Shown here: positions 39,851 through 52,999 of the stretch, in pieces
Position numbering within the stretch: position 1 is the first letter of the stretch
Layout: each line of letters opens with the position of its first letter
Source of the DNA: the human T2T-CHM13v2.0 reference genome, Homo sapiens
Reading direction: 5' to 3' (one strand)
DNA: 64,000 nt
Assembly (NCBI RefSeq): GCF_009914755.1
Contig: NC_060926.1
Translations under genes and position numbers: made by a program
Notes under the pieces: model-generated
What the model was told of the DNA's origin: nothing
The model's database searches: none
The model's input: the letters and a program-made list of their open reading frames with translations, nothing else

Positions 39851-41248
39851 CTTCACAACCTAGACATAGTCACACATAGATTTTTGGCTCTTTCATATTT
39901 CTCATCCTTGATAACTAACATGCAGTCAAAACAAAGTGAATGAGGGGGGAAATTATACTCAGAATAAACATTGTAATTATAAAAGAAATAAAAAGGAAAA
40001 GAAGAAAACAGTCAAGCTGTGGCAAAGCAAACTCCAAAGCGACCAAGAGGCTTATAAACCTCTCGTTTTCTTTAAAGGAGCTATATTTCCTCCCTCTAAA
40101 AACTCTGGCTTTGGAACGAAGGTGACATACTGTGGGAAGACCAAGGAAATTAAACTTTTTTCATCTTATTGATTCCTATTTCTTTCATTCCATCTGTTTC
40201 CTTGGCATGGTGAAGGGGGTGACGATCGACGCAGAGTAAGCTGGCTCTGTCAGTCAGAAGATAGGAGCTGACAAACCAGACACGGGCTTGGGAAGGCCTT
40301 CCATGAGGGGAAGAATCTGTGCCAGATGACAGGACTCACAGAGAGTCTGACAAAATGTTGCAGACAATCAGGAAGCATCTGATCCAGATTTCATAGATAA
40401 TAAGCAGGCTCTTTCCTGTGTGCATGCACATAGATTTGAGTATTTCTGATCAAGTGCCCCATTTTTACACAGAACAGGAAGTACAACACAGTAAAATATC
40501 AAATGAAAGGGGACAAGAAGGAGGGTATAAAAAAGGAAAAACAAACAACTAAACTGGTAGCACAGAAAACTTGAATATTTTGCATCCATAGAGCATACAA
40601 TATGATGACGTGATTTACAAAAAAAAAGGCTTTAGAAGTTAATAATTCTAATATTATCACCAGGGTGCAAATACATTGGAATTTCACAAAAACAATTTGC
40701 TATAGGTTAGAGCCTTCTTAAAAATCATACAGCACTCAGCTGCTCTTCTATCATACAAAGGATATTTTGTGATTTCTATTAGGTCGTATCCAACGTAAAC
40801 TCTAAAATAGCCCTAAAAACTGCTGGTTGCATCAGAAAGAATCTGAAGTAGATCACTAGACAGTCTTGTGATTAAATTCTATTAAGAGATATAAATTCTG
40901 TGTGTCATTAAGAGCTTCATTCAGGAAAGGCTTCTACTCTGGCAGAGAAAAGACTAAAATGAAAAAGCAGTTCATCAAAGGAAGCTCATTTTGTTGGGAG
41001 CCAAAAGGCCCATATATGGTGAGGCTGGAAAATGAATCAGTTTTACCATTTCATTGGCCCCACCACCAAGTTAAGCTACTATCATCAACAAAAGGCATAA
41101 TGTTATCTCTTTGCTCGCTCTCTCCTGGACTGGAAAGCTCCCATCAAAACAGAGAAGAAATGTCAAAAACTATAATCATCTGAAAGTACACGGCTGATTT
41201 ATAAACCCCACATGTGAACAATTTCATTGTAAAATCCTTCTGAACACT

Positions 41249-42450
41249 ATTATGTGCTGAATTGTGTCTCTCAAAAAAAAATACTAGAGTCCTAACTCCC
41301 AGTACTTCAGAATGTGACCTTATTTGGAGATAGGGCTTTTACAGAGGTAATAAAGTTAAAATGAGATCATTAGGGTGGGCCCTAATCCAATATGACTGGT
41401 GGTGTTCTTATAAAAAGGGAAATTTGGACACAGAGAGAGGTATACACATAGAGGAAATGCCCTGTGAAGAAACACAGGGAGAACATAGCCATCTATAAGC
41501 CAAGGACAGGGGCCTGGAACAGATCCTTCCCTCATGATCCTCAGAAGGAACCAACCCCGCCAACATCTTGATTTCAGACTTCTAGCCTCCCAAACTAGGA
41601 GGCAATACATTTCTATTGCTTAAACCACCCAGTTAATCACACTTTGTTACAACAGTGCTAGCAAATTAATACAGATTTGGTATCAGGAAGTGATGCATTG
41701 CTGTGACCACAAAATGTGAAAGTGGCTTTGGACTTGGTAATGAGTAGAAGCTGGAAGGCTTTGAGGTACATGACAGGAAAAGCCTATATTGCCTTAAAGG
41801 AGAATGTTGCTGGTAATATGAATGTTACAGGTGCTTCTTGGTGAGGCCTCAAATGGAAATGAGGAACACATTACTGGAAACTAGAGGAAAGGTGATCCTT
41901 GTCATAAAGTGATAAAGAACTTGACCAAATTGTGTTCTGTTGATTAGAAGAGACAAGTTGTAAGTGACAAACTTGGATATTTCATTGAAGAGATTTCTAA
42001 GCAAAGTGTTGAAGGTGGAGCATGGTGTCTCCTTGCTGCTTATCATATAATACAAGAGGAGAGACATAAATTGAAGAAGCAAAAAGGAACTAGAAGTTGA
42101 AGATCTGGAAAATGCCCAGCCTACTCATACTAAAAAGGGTATACTCTGGAGAAAAGTCCAAGGGTATGACTGAACCACCCTTTGCTAGAGACATTAGGCA
42201 TGTGACTTGTAGACCCAATCAACCATCTCAGCATAAATAATGCCAGCTTGGACTGAAGGGTACAGAGAAAAGACAAGATAAAGGGAGGCTGTGTGACTTC
42301 AGGGATCCTACAGGCAGGAAACAGTCCAATAGAGCTATTTGGCTACGCATATGTGTTAACCTCCAAGAAAAGGGAAGAATGACTCCAAAGGCAGTTCAGA
42401 GGCTGGTGGAGCTTCCGTTGCCATCACTGGCCCAGAGGGTGGGGCCACCT
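41249..42450 (+). mobile_element. MLT1B-like LTR (to about 41672) followed by MLT1 internal sequence
   Basis: gaatgtgaccttatttggagataggg...gggccctaatccaatatgactgg...attaataca, then gatttggtatcaggaagtg (start of MaLR-int). Confidence 0.85.
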
Positions 42451-42659
42451 TCTTCATTTAACATGGCAAAACTAGCCTCATTGTCATTCTTGGTACCCCC
42501 TCCTGACTTCCTTGCTTCTATGGTCACTTCCAGTAACCCAAGTTTAAAACCTGTCATCAGTGACCCCTTTCCTTTCATTCATATTCAATTAGGTCCCTGC
42601 TCCTGTTGACTATTCTACTCTTCAAAGATATTTATGTCATTGAAGATTGTACTTTTAGT

Positions 42660-42910
42660 AATAAAAAGCATTCTTAACTAGTTTTATGACATTGTGCTAA
42701 GAACTTTGTGCAGTTTATAGTTTTTAATCCTTATAACAGTGCCATGCGATAGGTATGCTATTAATAGTCATTTCACAGAGAGGAAAACTGAAGCTCAAAG
42801 AGATACCAAATCACTGTATTTGCCCAAATCACATGGTGATGAAGTATCAGAGAAGGGACTTGAACAAGATCTTCCTCAGCCTTGAACCACACTCTTAACT
42901 GGCACACTGC
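42660..42910 (-). mobile_element. MIR
   Basis: catttcacagagaggaaaactgaagctca...tttgcccaaatcacatgg. Confidence 0.7.
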
Positions 42911-42929
42911 CTCCTTTAAAAAATATTTC

Positions 42930-42930
<1 letters not shown>

Positions 42931-42970
<40 letters not shown>

Positions 42971-42972
42971 TC
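42931..42972. repeat. (TTTC)~10
   Basis: Direct reading. Confidence 0.95.
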
Positions 42973-43306
42973 CATTCCCACTGTTACTGAACTAAGTTTT
43001 GTAATCTGTCACATTTTTATTGCTACACAAAATCCTTTTGTGTATCTATTCTCCTCCCAACCTATATTTTAAAAATTTCATCTAAAAAAAAGTCTAACTG
43101 TAAGTCATGCCTTAGCTCAAAATTTTTCTATGACTTCTCATTGCATGTAGCCAAAATACCTTAGTATGACATTTCACAGTATCTTTACTCATCATGCCAC
43201 CTGCTAAAATCTTGCCCATCCTAAATGCTTAGTCTCTTTATCTTTCGAATTTTTATCTGAACATAGAAAAATATTACTTAGAAAAATATTCTTTCTCCTT
43301 GGAAGT

Positions 43307-43927
43307 TGCTATGGCTTGAATGTTTGTTCTCTCCAAAACTCATGTTAAAATTTAATCCCCAATGTGGCAGTATTGATGGGGGGGTGTGATTGGGTCATGA
43401 AGTCTCTGTCCTCATGAAGAATTCATTCATTCATGGATTAATAGATTAATGAGTTATCAGGGGAGGGGAACTGGTGGCTTTATAAGAAGAGGAAGAAAGA
43501 TCTGAGCTAGCACATTAGCACACTCAGCTCTCTCACCATGTGATGTCCTGCATCTCCTCAGGACTCTGTAGAAAGTCCCCACCAGCAGGGGGGAGGGATA
43601 GCATTAGGAGATATACCTAATGCTAAATGACGAGTTAATGGGTGCAGCACACCAGCATGGCACATGAATACATATGTAACTAACCTGCACATTGTGCACA
43701 TGTACCCTAAAACTTAAAGTATAATAATAATAAAATAAAATAAAATAAAATGAAATAAAACAACAACAAAAACAAAAAAAAAAGAAAGTCCCCACCAGCA
43801 AGAAGGCTCTCACCAGATGTGGCCCCTCAACCTTGGACTCTCAGCCTTCATAATTTTGTAAAAAAAAATTGTTTCTTTATAAATTACCTAGTTTCAAGTA
43901 TTCTAAGCAATAGAAAACAGACACACA
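43307..43927 (+). mobile_element. MST (MSTC/D-like) MaLR LTR, interrupted by L1
   Basis: tgctatggcttgaatgtttgttctctccaaaactcatgtt...ctttataaattacctagtttcaagtattct. Confidence 0.85.
43588..43782 (+). mobile_element. Young, severely 5'-truncated L1 (L1PA3-like) 3' end
   Basis: GGAGATATACCTAATGCTAAATGACGAGTTAATGGGTGCAGCACACCAGC...CTTAAAGTATAATAA plus tail; perfect 18-bp TSD AGAAAGTCCCCACCAGCA at 43570-43587 and 43783-43800. Confidence 0.95.
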
Positions 43928-44872
43928 AAAGTCTATGATGTGTAATATTCATTCATATCAATGTCAGAATTAATATGTCAGCCACTGAGACTGAAATCAG
44001 CATCTTCTCTCAAAATTCCCTCTCTCTCCCAGTGTTCTCTGTCCACCTGCCAATCATTCACCCATTCTTGAAATCCTGATGCTGTCTTTGACTCCTGCTC
44101 CTTTTCATGTGAAATCTGCTGCTAAGTCCTACTGTTTGTTCCGCTACTGAAGGGCTTTCAATCTATCCCTTCTTCTTCATTGTCATTTTCTCCATCCTCA
44201 TTTATGCTCCCTGGACTTGAAAGCATAACAGAGCATAAGAGAACTACCACTAGTTTAAATTTCCTCCACAAAATAAGCAGAGATTGACAGGGCAGAGGGG
44301 CTGGGGGAAGAAGGAAGAGACACAGGAGAGAAATTGCCACAGCCTACATGAAAGACCTAGGCCTAAGAGGGAGTGAAGAAGGAGAGAATAAAATCTGCAC
44401 CAAATGGGGTGGAGGGATGGGGAGGACAGGTGGTGATAGGAAGTGCTGACAGCTTGAAAATGAGGAAATTGAGGAGACGAGAAACCAGGGTAGGAAAAAG
44501 ATGGTTGGTATTATGAATCTAATTCCTTTAATTTACCTTTGGAGGACAAGCAAAGTATGGCATTCTTTTTAAAATTACACTCTGGCTGTTATATACTGTG
44601 CTGCTTTGACAGAGCTGTTGTCTCTAAACCAAGAATAGCCTTTTCTAGCCCTGCATTCTCTATAACTCAACTCTCAATTTTCTACTAAAACTACCTCTGC
44701 TTGGCATGAGAGGCTCTGAACCAACAGCCCCAACCCACTATTCCTCAGCCAGCCTCTCCCACCCATGACAGTGCAACCCCAACAGCTTCCTCCTCCACAT
44801 GGGTCTTTACCTGTGCTCTCCTCCCTCAGAAATTTCCAGTCTCCATCCCTGCCTCTCAAAATCCTCTCCATC

Positions 44873-45291
44873 TGATAGGGTTTGGATGTTTTGTTTTCCC
44901 CAAATCTCATGATAAAATGTGATCCCCATTGTTGGAGGTGGGGCCCAGTGGCAGGTGTTAGGGTCATGGGGGTGGATCCCTCACAAATGGCTTGGTGCCA
45001 TCCCTGCAGTAGTGAATGATAATGAGTTCACAAGAGATCTGCTTGTTTTAAAGATTCTGTGACCTTCTCCCTCCCTCTCTCTTTCTCCCTCTCTTGCCAT
45101 GTGACATGCCTGCTTCCCCTTCTCCATCTACCATGGTTGGAAGCTCCCTGAGACCGTCACCTGAAGCAGATGCCAACACCATGCTTCTTGTACAGCCTGC
45201 AGAACTGTGAGCCAAAAGAAACCTCCTTTTTTTTTTTATGAATGACCCAGTCTCAGGCATTTCTTTATAGCAACACAAAACGACTAACACA
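44873..45291 (+). mobile_element. MSTB-like solo LTR
   Basis: TGATAGGGTTTGGATG...GACTAACACA; TSD CCATC/CTATC. Confidence 0.9.
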
Positions 45292-47334
45292 CTATCCTTC
45301 AGGGTCTAAGGAAAAGGCTACTTCCATGACTCCCTCATCTGGAATTGCTCTTGTTCCATCCTTTGTGCACAAACAAGGCTTTGTGTTTTGTCTTTTTAGC
45401 CCTGTTCCATTTCTAATTCTGCTTGTCTTGAACTGGATTATTAGCCTACCTCAGTTCCTCAACAGAATATACACAGCCTTAAAGGTAAGGGCTATTACTT
45501 GTTTATCTTGATGCACATAACTGAGCATCTTATACAAAGTAGATACCCACACAAATTTACCAACTGTAGTGGCATTTCATCCCAACAGCTTTTTTATTTT
45601 TCTTCTATTAAGCAATGAGGTGAGTTGTCCACAAGGTTTTTGCGTGGGAAAGTTTCTCATGGAAAATTTTAGCCTCTTTGTTATAGATGAAGCATCAATT
45701 AAAAAGCACAAAGTGACACAGTCTGAACCTAGAATATATCCTGGGGCCCAGACCAAAGAAAGAGACAAATTTAAAGTTGTACAAACCAACAGTGGGAGGA
45801 CCATCTATACTTAGTGACTAGTCTGTCAGAGTGAAAAACCTCAAGTGGGTTGTAAATATAGGGTTGATTCTTTGGGGGATTTTTCTTCTATTTGCTGATT
45901 CAGCTCCTACAATCAAGAGATTTTGTTGTTATTCAATTTTACTTAAGGCAGATTAAATCAACTGATTTCATGTTTATTCCTGATTTTTGTTTTTCTTACC
46001 TTGACTAAACTCTATGTTTTACAAAGGTCTTTCAGTTTTAGTGATCAGAAATATGCTTTTATCCTTTTTTTTTTAACAATAGCTGTCTATTTCTTTTCTT
46101 GTAGACTTCTATGGAAATTCAACTAATTTGTTAGAAAATGTATTTTTTTTTTAATTTTCAGGAATCCACAGGACTGTTCTCTTCTGAAATTCTGGTTGAT
46201 GATATGAATGTATTTTTCCCCAGCACTCAGTAAGACCCCAGTGAATACATGTCTGCATAACACGTAGAGGGTACACTGTTGGTACAAAATGGTTGTTTTG
46301 GCATTTTGTATTCCCAAATGTTCTAAGGTAACCCTTTTTATGATTCTCATTCTCCATAAGAAGAAGGAAATTTTGAAGGCATATCTTTTGAGGACTGCTC
46401 ATCTCATGAAATCCATTCTACTCAGAGTTTACTTAATTATGATTACTTTAAAAGGGGAAATTAGCAAAACAACAATGATTAAAGTTTCCCAAGCATTGAT
46501 TGGGCATTTTTGAAAGGCTTCCTTCTAGAGCTATGTGATATGGTCATTAGGCTTTCAGAAGAATAACTGGAAGATTAGATGAAGCAGATCAGCACTGCCC
46601 CCAACCCACACTAAAGTTGTAGACCTAAAAAAGAAAGAAAAGAAAAACTCAAAATAAAAGGAAAAGAAGAGTCCTTTTGGTTCCATCATATATTATCAGC
46701 AACTTATATTCTCTTTGAACAATTGCTGATTTTCTCACCCTATCTCCACCTCTCTAAATAACAATTTTCCAAACCTAAGACTCTGTTTTTTGACAATTCA
46801 TCCCCATTGCAGGCACCCATGTATGCACGGTCACACATTCGTATACACACAAACACACAGTTTTTCTCATAACAGATTTGCAGAGAGGTCAGAGGCAAAG
46901 GAGGGGGAAAACTTAAAAAAAAAAAAAAAACTCCAGTAAGTTTGATCTAAACAAAATGGTTATTCAAATGGGTCCCCTACTAATTTTACAAAGATGCGTG
47001 ATAATATCCAACATATGGCTTTAACTACGTTTTTTAATATTAGAAATTGAATGCACATTTTAAGACACAAGTTTTGCTGATATGCTGTTGATAATACAGG
47101 AGAACTATTTTCCATTTGTTTCTAATTATCTTAAAGACAGCCTGGGGATCATTTACCCATGGTTTAAGAGCACTCAGATAAGTCCACAAATGCAACAGGC
47201 GGGCATGTGTGTCAGCTACTGCATCGGGGCTGCGTGAGGGTGGCTTAGCCAAGACTATCCTCTTATGTCTGAAACCACTAGATACGGTTCCTAAGGTCAA
47301 GCAGTACTAAAAAATAAAATCCTTCCTTTGTCAG

Positions 47335-47530
47335 CATTCTTAGGGTGTGGGCTCTGGAGCCAGACTGCCTGGCACCACCATTTAAGTAACTGGGTGACCT
47401 TGTGCAAGTTAGTTAACCTCTCTTTGCCTCAATTTCCTTATCTGAAAAATGGGGCTGTACCAACAACTTATGGTCAGCATGAGGATGAAAGCACCTAGTA
47501 TGGTGCCCAAAAGAGAGAAGGCATGCAATA
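47335..47530 (+). mobile_element. MIR
   Basis: ggctctggagccagactgcctgg...gtgaccttgtgcaagttagttaacctctctttgcctcaatttcct. Confidence 0.85.
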
Positions 47531-49204
47531 ATTGATCTGGCTCCAGCTTAACTCCCTACTTTGTCCGTCTCTGCCTTCCCACTCCCAACTGCTTTCCCTG
47601 AATCTTGCCACCAAGGTTTCTTCAAACATGCTCTCCCTTGCCTCTCCTGGATTACTTTCTTCTTTCCTCCTGGCTAACCCACACTCCTCTGCTAGGTCTC
47701 GATGCAGACTGTACTTCCTCCAGCCTGAGTTAGGTGGTCCTCACCTATGTACCCACAGCTGCCTGGGCTCCTTCTATTGCTGTGTGTCTAACACAGCATT
47801 TTAATACTTAATGGTTTCCCCCATTGGACTCCGAGGAAAAGACTGATCTGTCTTGTTCATTGTTGCAATCCCACCTCATGAAAAACGTGCTTTGCGCTGG
47901 AACTGACTGTATTTTTTCTTTGCAAAGCAGAAAAAACAGTCTTCCTCCTTTAGTGTACCCATCTAAAATAGATAAAAATGCAGGGGAGGTATGTTTGCTT
48001 GAGAACATTTTTAATTTTAATCCTTCCTGAGATTTGGTGAGCCCTTTCAATCTGAAAATTCAAGTGTTTCCTTGGCTCAGGGATTTATTCACACACATGT
48101 ACATACACATGCATGCACATTTACAAGTATACATATGTGCACACACTTGTATTTATTACTTCATTTCTATTCTTCCTTTTTCTCTGTTAGTAATGGTCAT
48201 TGTTTGCTTATTGGAACTCTAGAATTTATCTTCCTTGTCTCTTATTGCATCTTTTCACTCGTGATTTTTCTTTCTTTTGCTTCATTTCTTTGATATGTGT
48301 TTGCAACTGTTCCCCCATTTCATCTTATGGATTATTTATTTCATATTTCAGTAGTTGGATTCTCCTTTTTCCCTTCTACTGGTAAACTATTTTAATTTGG
48401 AAATTGTTGTTTTATTGTTTTCATCATTTCCTAAAACGTTGCTAAAGCATTCTAAATTCTTTCTTGGTTTTTGTTTGTTTTTCAAAATCTCTTTTACTTT
48501 TATTACATCTTCCCCATACATGGCAGATTGGTCTCTCTTCCTCAAGTAATTGGGATTTCTTTGCCTGCTCCTAGTGCCATGTAGCTGGAGCCTGGGCAGT
48601 GCTAGACTGGCCAGCTGTGAGAGATGAGACTGGCATTTCTTCTTTGGGAGGCTAGCCATGAAATGCCCACAGCCAGCCAGGACCTCTGCACTGAGAGCTA
48701 GAGCCTCAGCCAGCAACTGCAGGATTGGCTTTCTCCTCCCCAGGCTCTGGCAGTGGCACTGGAAACATTGGCCCCCTGTACCAGCAACTCTCCTCCCCCA
48801 AATTCCTGCACTTCTTAAGGATCCCAGACCTCAGGAGATTGTTTCATACAACCTGAGTATATCCTGCAGGGTTTGCCCGGAGGTAGATGACAGCTACGGG
48901 CATGCGTCGAGGCTACCATTTTCCATTATTTAATTAATTTAAAATTATCTGAGGGAATGAGGGTAGACAAGGCATAAAACAACTCCCTCATATTAAAGAA
49001 ATATTTCTTACATTTAGAAAAGTTGAAATCCTCAAAGTTAAAATAACCAATTAAGAATAATTTTTCAGAAAAAAACTATAAAATTAAAATTTCTCTGAAG
49101 TTTAATAAGATACCCTATAAGACACCCAAACTCATATGGGAAAAATTAGCCTCAAAGCTCAACGTCCTCTTTGAAATATATCATGACTGGCATTGCAACA
49201 CTGA

Positions 49205-49410
49205 ATATGGAGGAAGCGTGGTGATTAAGAACATAGACTCCAGAATGCATCACGTATTCTTTCATTGCCTTAGTTTCCTCATCTGAAAAAGGCAGTTAAT
49301 AATACTACCTACCATATAGCTTTGTGAAGATGAATCAATATTTGAAAACTGCTTAGAATAGTATCTGGCATATAATAAATGCTATAAAAATGTTTGTTAA
49401 ATAAAATAAG
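49205..49410 (+). mobile_element. MIR
   Basis: gccttagtttcctcatctgaaaaagg...gcttagaatagtatctggcatataataaatgct. Confidence 0.75.
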
Positions 49411-50862
49411 TACAAAAGCTGTGAACACTATAGGGAATTTTTTATATCCAGGATATCATTGCTTTTTTTTTTTTTCAGCTTTTTAAAATACCTTTGCCTT
49501 CAAAATGGGCTCACGGCTGCTTATTTGAAAATGATTCCCTAACAGATGCTATAACAAGGACCGTGGCATAGACAGTTCTGGAACGCCAAGAATTTCCAGT
49601 GAGAGGAAAGAAGTGGGAATTTTTTACTTTAAAATGTTTACTCAAGGCATATGTTTTTATTATAATTCATTTTCAACTTTATGGTAGAATAACAAAGTAT
49701 TTCTATCAAGTAGATATTAAAAATAGCCTGAAGATTTTCATGTTTCAGAGAACAGTACACCCACAAGACACGACAGAGGCCTGTTTCCTGGTGTGCCCAT
49801 TTTTAAGCACTCCCCACACATTCACACCGTTGCTCCACTAGATTCTAACAGAGATACATACACAAATGGACCATTTTGCTGTCTCTTTCCTAACTCTACA
49901 GTCAAAAGATGAAAAGAAGAGAAAATGCGATCAGCATCTGAACAATGTCAGAAATGTCAAAAGTCCTATCAATTAAATAATTTTAGAATAAAAATTATGA
50001 AAGCTAATGATAATTGAGGCATCTTGATACAAACTTTCCATGCATTATTTCATGTGAGTTTCTGTTAGATAGGGTTCAATATTTTATTTCTCTGATTACC
50101 ACTTAGAATCTTCTTGGTCTCTTAAGATACCTGTATCTTTTTCATTCCTGAAGTCAAGGAAATAAAACTAGGCAAACTTAATTTAGTTTTAATAATTCTG
50201 ATGAGCCAAATGCCAATGACAGAGGTTTGGGATAAAAATGTGTTTTTGATCTGTGTCGAGGGGGGATGTTAAGCAGCACAGCATAAATGGTTGGCTATGG
50301 ACCTCTGAATAAGCTTTAATCAGCTGTATAATTCACGCAAAACATTCAGCTTGATCCAGGCAACCAAAGACAATGTGGAATTTTATCCTATTTGATCTGC
50401 AGTGGAAGCATTGACTCATTATGTTTCTTGTCAACTTTCTATGTTGCTTAATGTCATGTAGAATCCAGTTCAAAGATAATCTTTTGGTAACATTTTTTAA
50501 GAGCAGCCGAAGCTCACGCATTCAAGAGAAAACAAATGTATGTGACATGCAGAGCCAGGGAGGAGGTCAAGTCAACTGCAAATTTGGATTTAAAATCTAC
50601 ACCATTGCCCAGGTCCTGACCCTAACCTTCTGTCTCCCAATGGCAAAGAGAACCAGGGTGTTCTGCCTCCCATAACATAAGAAGCCACTCTTCTGTGTGA
50701 AATCCCCCATCAATTTTGCAGAGGTTTTCTGCCATTATCACACTCCAGGTAGGCAGTTGTCACGAAGCATTAGAGCCATGAGAGGCTGACAGCATAACTG
50801 CGGGCGAGCTCGGGGCTCAGCGCGGTCCAGCACCTGCCGCCTGCTCAGGCAGGAGTGTCCCC

Positions 50863-50945
50863 TGTCAAGACACAGCCTGGCAAGAGGCTTCAGGAATCAC
50901 TTGTATCGGTGCCCTTCATTGACAGCACGCTGGAGGGCAGCCTGT
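50863..50945 (+). repeat. Donor copy of an 83/84-bp dispersed direct repeat
   Basis: Matches 52364-52447 with 4 substitutions and one 1-bp indel. Confidence 0.95.
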
Positions 50946-52149
50946 CTAGCAAAAGCAGGACAGAAACCTTTGCCAGCCACCTGCCTGCCCCCATATGGTA
51001 GCCATTTAAAAACCCGTCACTTTTATAAAGAAACTCTCAAATTATTCATTCATCAAGCACAGTTTTCACTGGCCCGACTGCCTCAATGCATGATCACCTG
51101 GCTCTGTGATTTGCAGAGGCTTGTTTTCACAGGACTTCTTTTGGGTACCACTAAGGGAGAAATTGCCTAAATATAGCCGGGTGAGCAAATCAAGTCCATT
51201 CCACCTTATGGACTCTCACTGCTCCAAGGAGGGCATTCCTGGGGAGCAAGAGTGTTTTCACACACAAGTGGATTCCATCAACATGCCAGGAGCATCTCTC
51301 TCTCCCACAATGGAGGGAGTGTCTGAGGGAATGTTGCAATGTGATAACTTGTTTTCTCATTTTCCAGATCCAGAGGCAATAGGGAGGAGTTAATAGGGAA
51401 GGAGGCAGAGGGAATATTTTCAAAAACCATAACCAAAAAATGAAAGACACCTGAGTATTTACTGGAGCTGTAAACAGATTCTAGAAAATTTAACAATGGA
51501 AATATGCTTTAAATGGCCCAGAAATCCATTACTACTTGCATATATGTCAGAATTTTACTAATAATTTTTTCTTTTAAATTACATTCATGAGAGAATATAA
51601 GTTTATGGCAAGGTTTCAGTGGATATGTTGAAATTTTCTTCCTGATTTGTTTCCATGTTTTCTGGCTATCTCCCTCCACTATCATGTAAACTCCATGAGG
51701 TTAATGGTCTTGTCACTGTCACTGTGCTCAGTAAATATTTAGTGGCCAAACTGGACAAATAAATGCAAAAAAGGATGAATGAATGAATGAATGAATGACA
51801 CCTGGAATAAAGCACCAGATGTCTTATGACATGGCTTCTAAACTTTGTACAGAGGTTGTGACAGAAAGGATAGAGTGAAATTGAATTACAAGAATAATAA
51901 AGATTTTTAAATATTTTAAATTATTTTTGGTACGTTTTGGTTAAAGATTTAGAATTTAAAAAAATAAGTTGCAATGAAGAGTGAATGAATGATCCAGGCA
52001 CCTGAGAGTTGAGCACAATTCCTGTTGTTGGAACTTAAGATTCATTGTACATGCCCCACCTGCCAAAGGAGTGATTTTCAGAAGGCAGGCTGGTGAGAAT
52101 TTACATGCTTCCTTCTAAAGTCAGCTACTAGTCACTGGGTTTATTTTTC

Positions 52150-52985
52150 TTCTTTCTTTCTGCCAATCTCATCATCCATTCTTTTATCTCCAGCTGAAAC
52201 CTGCGCTCAGATGCTCTTCACCCTGAGGCTGTCCCATGAGATTGAGCTCCTTCTACCTAACTACCTCTGAGACCTTTAGCTCTACTTGGGTGTCCCACAG
52301 ACTCTCAAATGCAACAGTCCCAAACCTAGCTCCTGACCATCCTCCCACACTAGCTCCTCCCATTGTCAAGACACAGCCTGGCAAGAGGCTTCAGGAATCA
52401 CTTCTATCAGTGCCCCTTCATTGACAGCACTTTGGAGGGCAGCCTGTGTCCTCCATCTCAGTGAAGAGCGCCATGTGTTTGTCGTCATTCAATTCAGTAA
52501 TCTGGAGACATCCCAGCACTCCTCTCAAATTTCACCTACCACACCACATCCAATCAATAATCAAGGCTAGTGGATTCCAAGTCTTTAACATCTCTCACTT
52601 CTATACTCTCCTCCCCTTCACTACAGCCACTAATTCCGTTCAGGCTTTCATTATTCTCACAAGGATTATTGCAATAGTCTCTCAGTGGTTGCCCTGACTC
52701 CAGTTTTGCCTGGGTGATCTTTATGAAATGAGATAGTGCACAAGTTACCCCACCTCTCCACCAGCTTGGCTTACACCTCTTCGTGGCTCCTTATTGTCTC
52801 AAGAGATATGGCTGAGTCTCTGCAGTATGACCTATAAGAGCATTTGTGATCTAGACATTGTTTCACCTCTCAGCAAGCCTCTTCTTTTTCTTCTGTTTCA
52901 GCAATTTGAGCTGCACGGTTCTCAGTAGGTCATGTTGTTTCATCCGTGGGGCCTCAGCTCTCACTGATGCAGCTCCTAGTAATCC
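52150..52985 (+). mobile_element. L2 fragment containing a foreign 84-bp insert
   Basis: ctacttgggtgtcccacagactctcaaatgcaac, ctccatctcagtgaa, cacatccaatcaata and ggtgatctttatgaaatg are L2 motifs. Confidence 0.75.
52364..52447 (+). repeat. Derived copy of 50863-50945, inserted in L2
   Basis: TGTCAAGACACAGCCTGGCAAGAGGCTTCAGGAATCACTT...GGAGGGCAGCCTGT. Confidence 0.95.
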
Positions 52986-52999
52986 AACATGAAATTTCT

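Noticed and set aside
48387-48933. GC-richer ORFs of 109 and 91 aa
   Set aside because: No homology recognised; adjacent to what appears to be degraded antisense L1M-like sequence.
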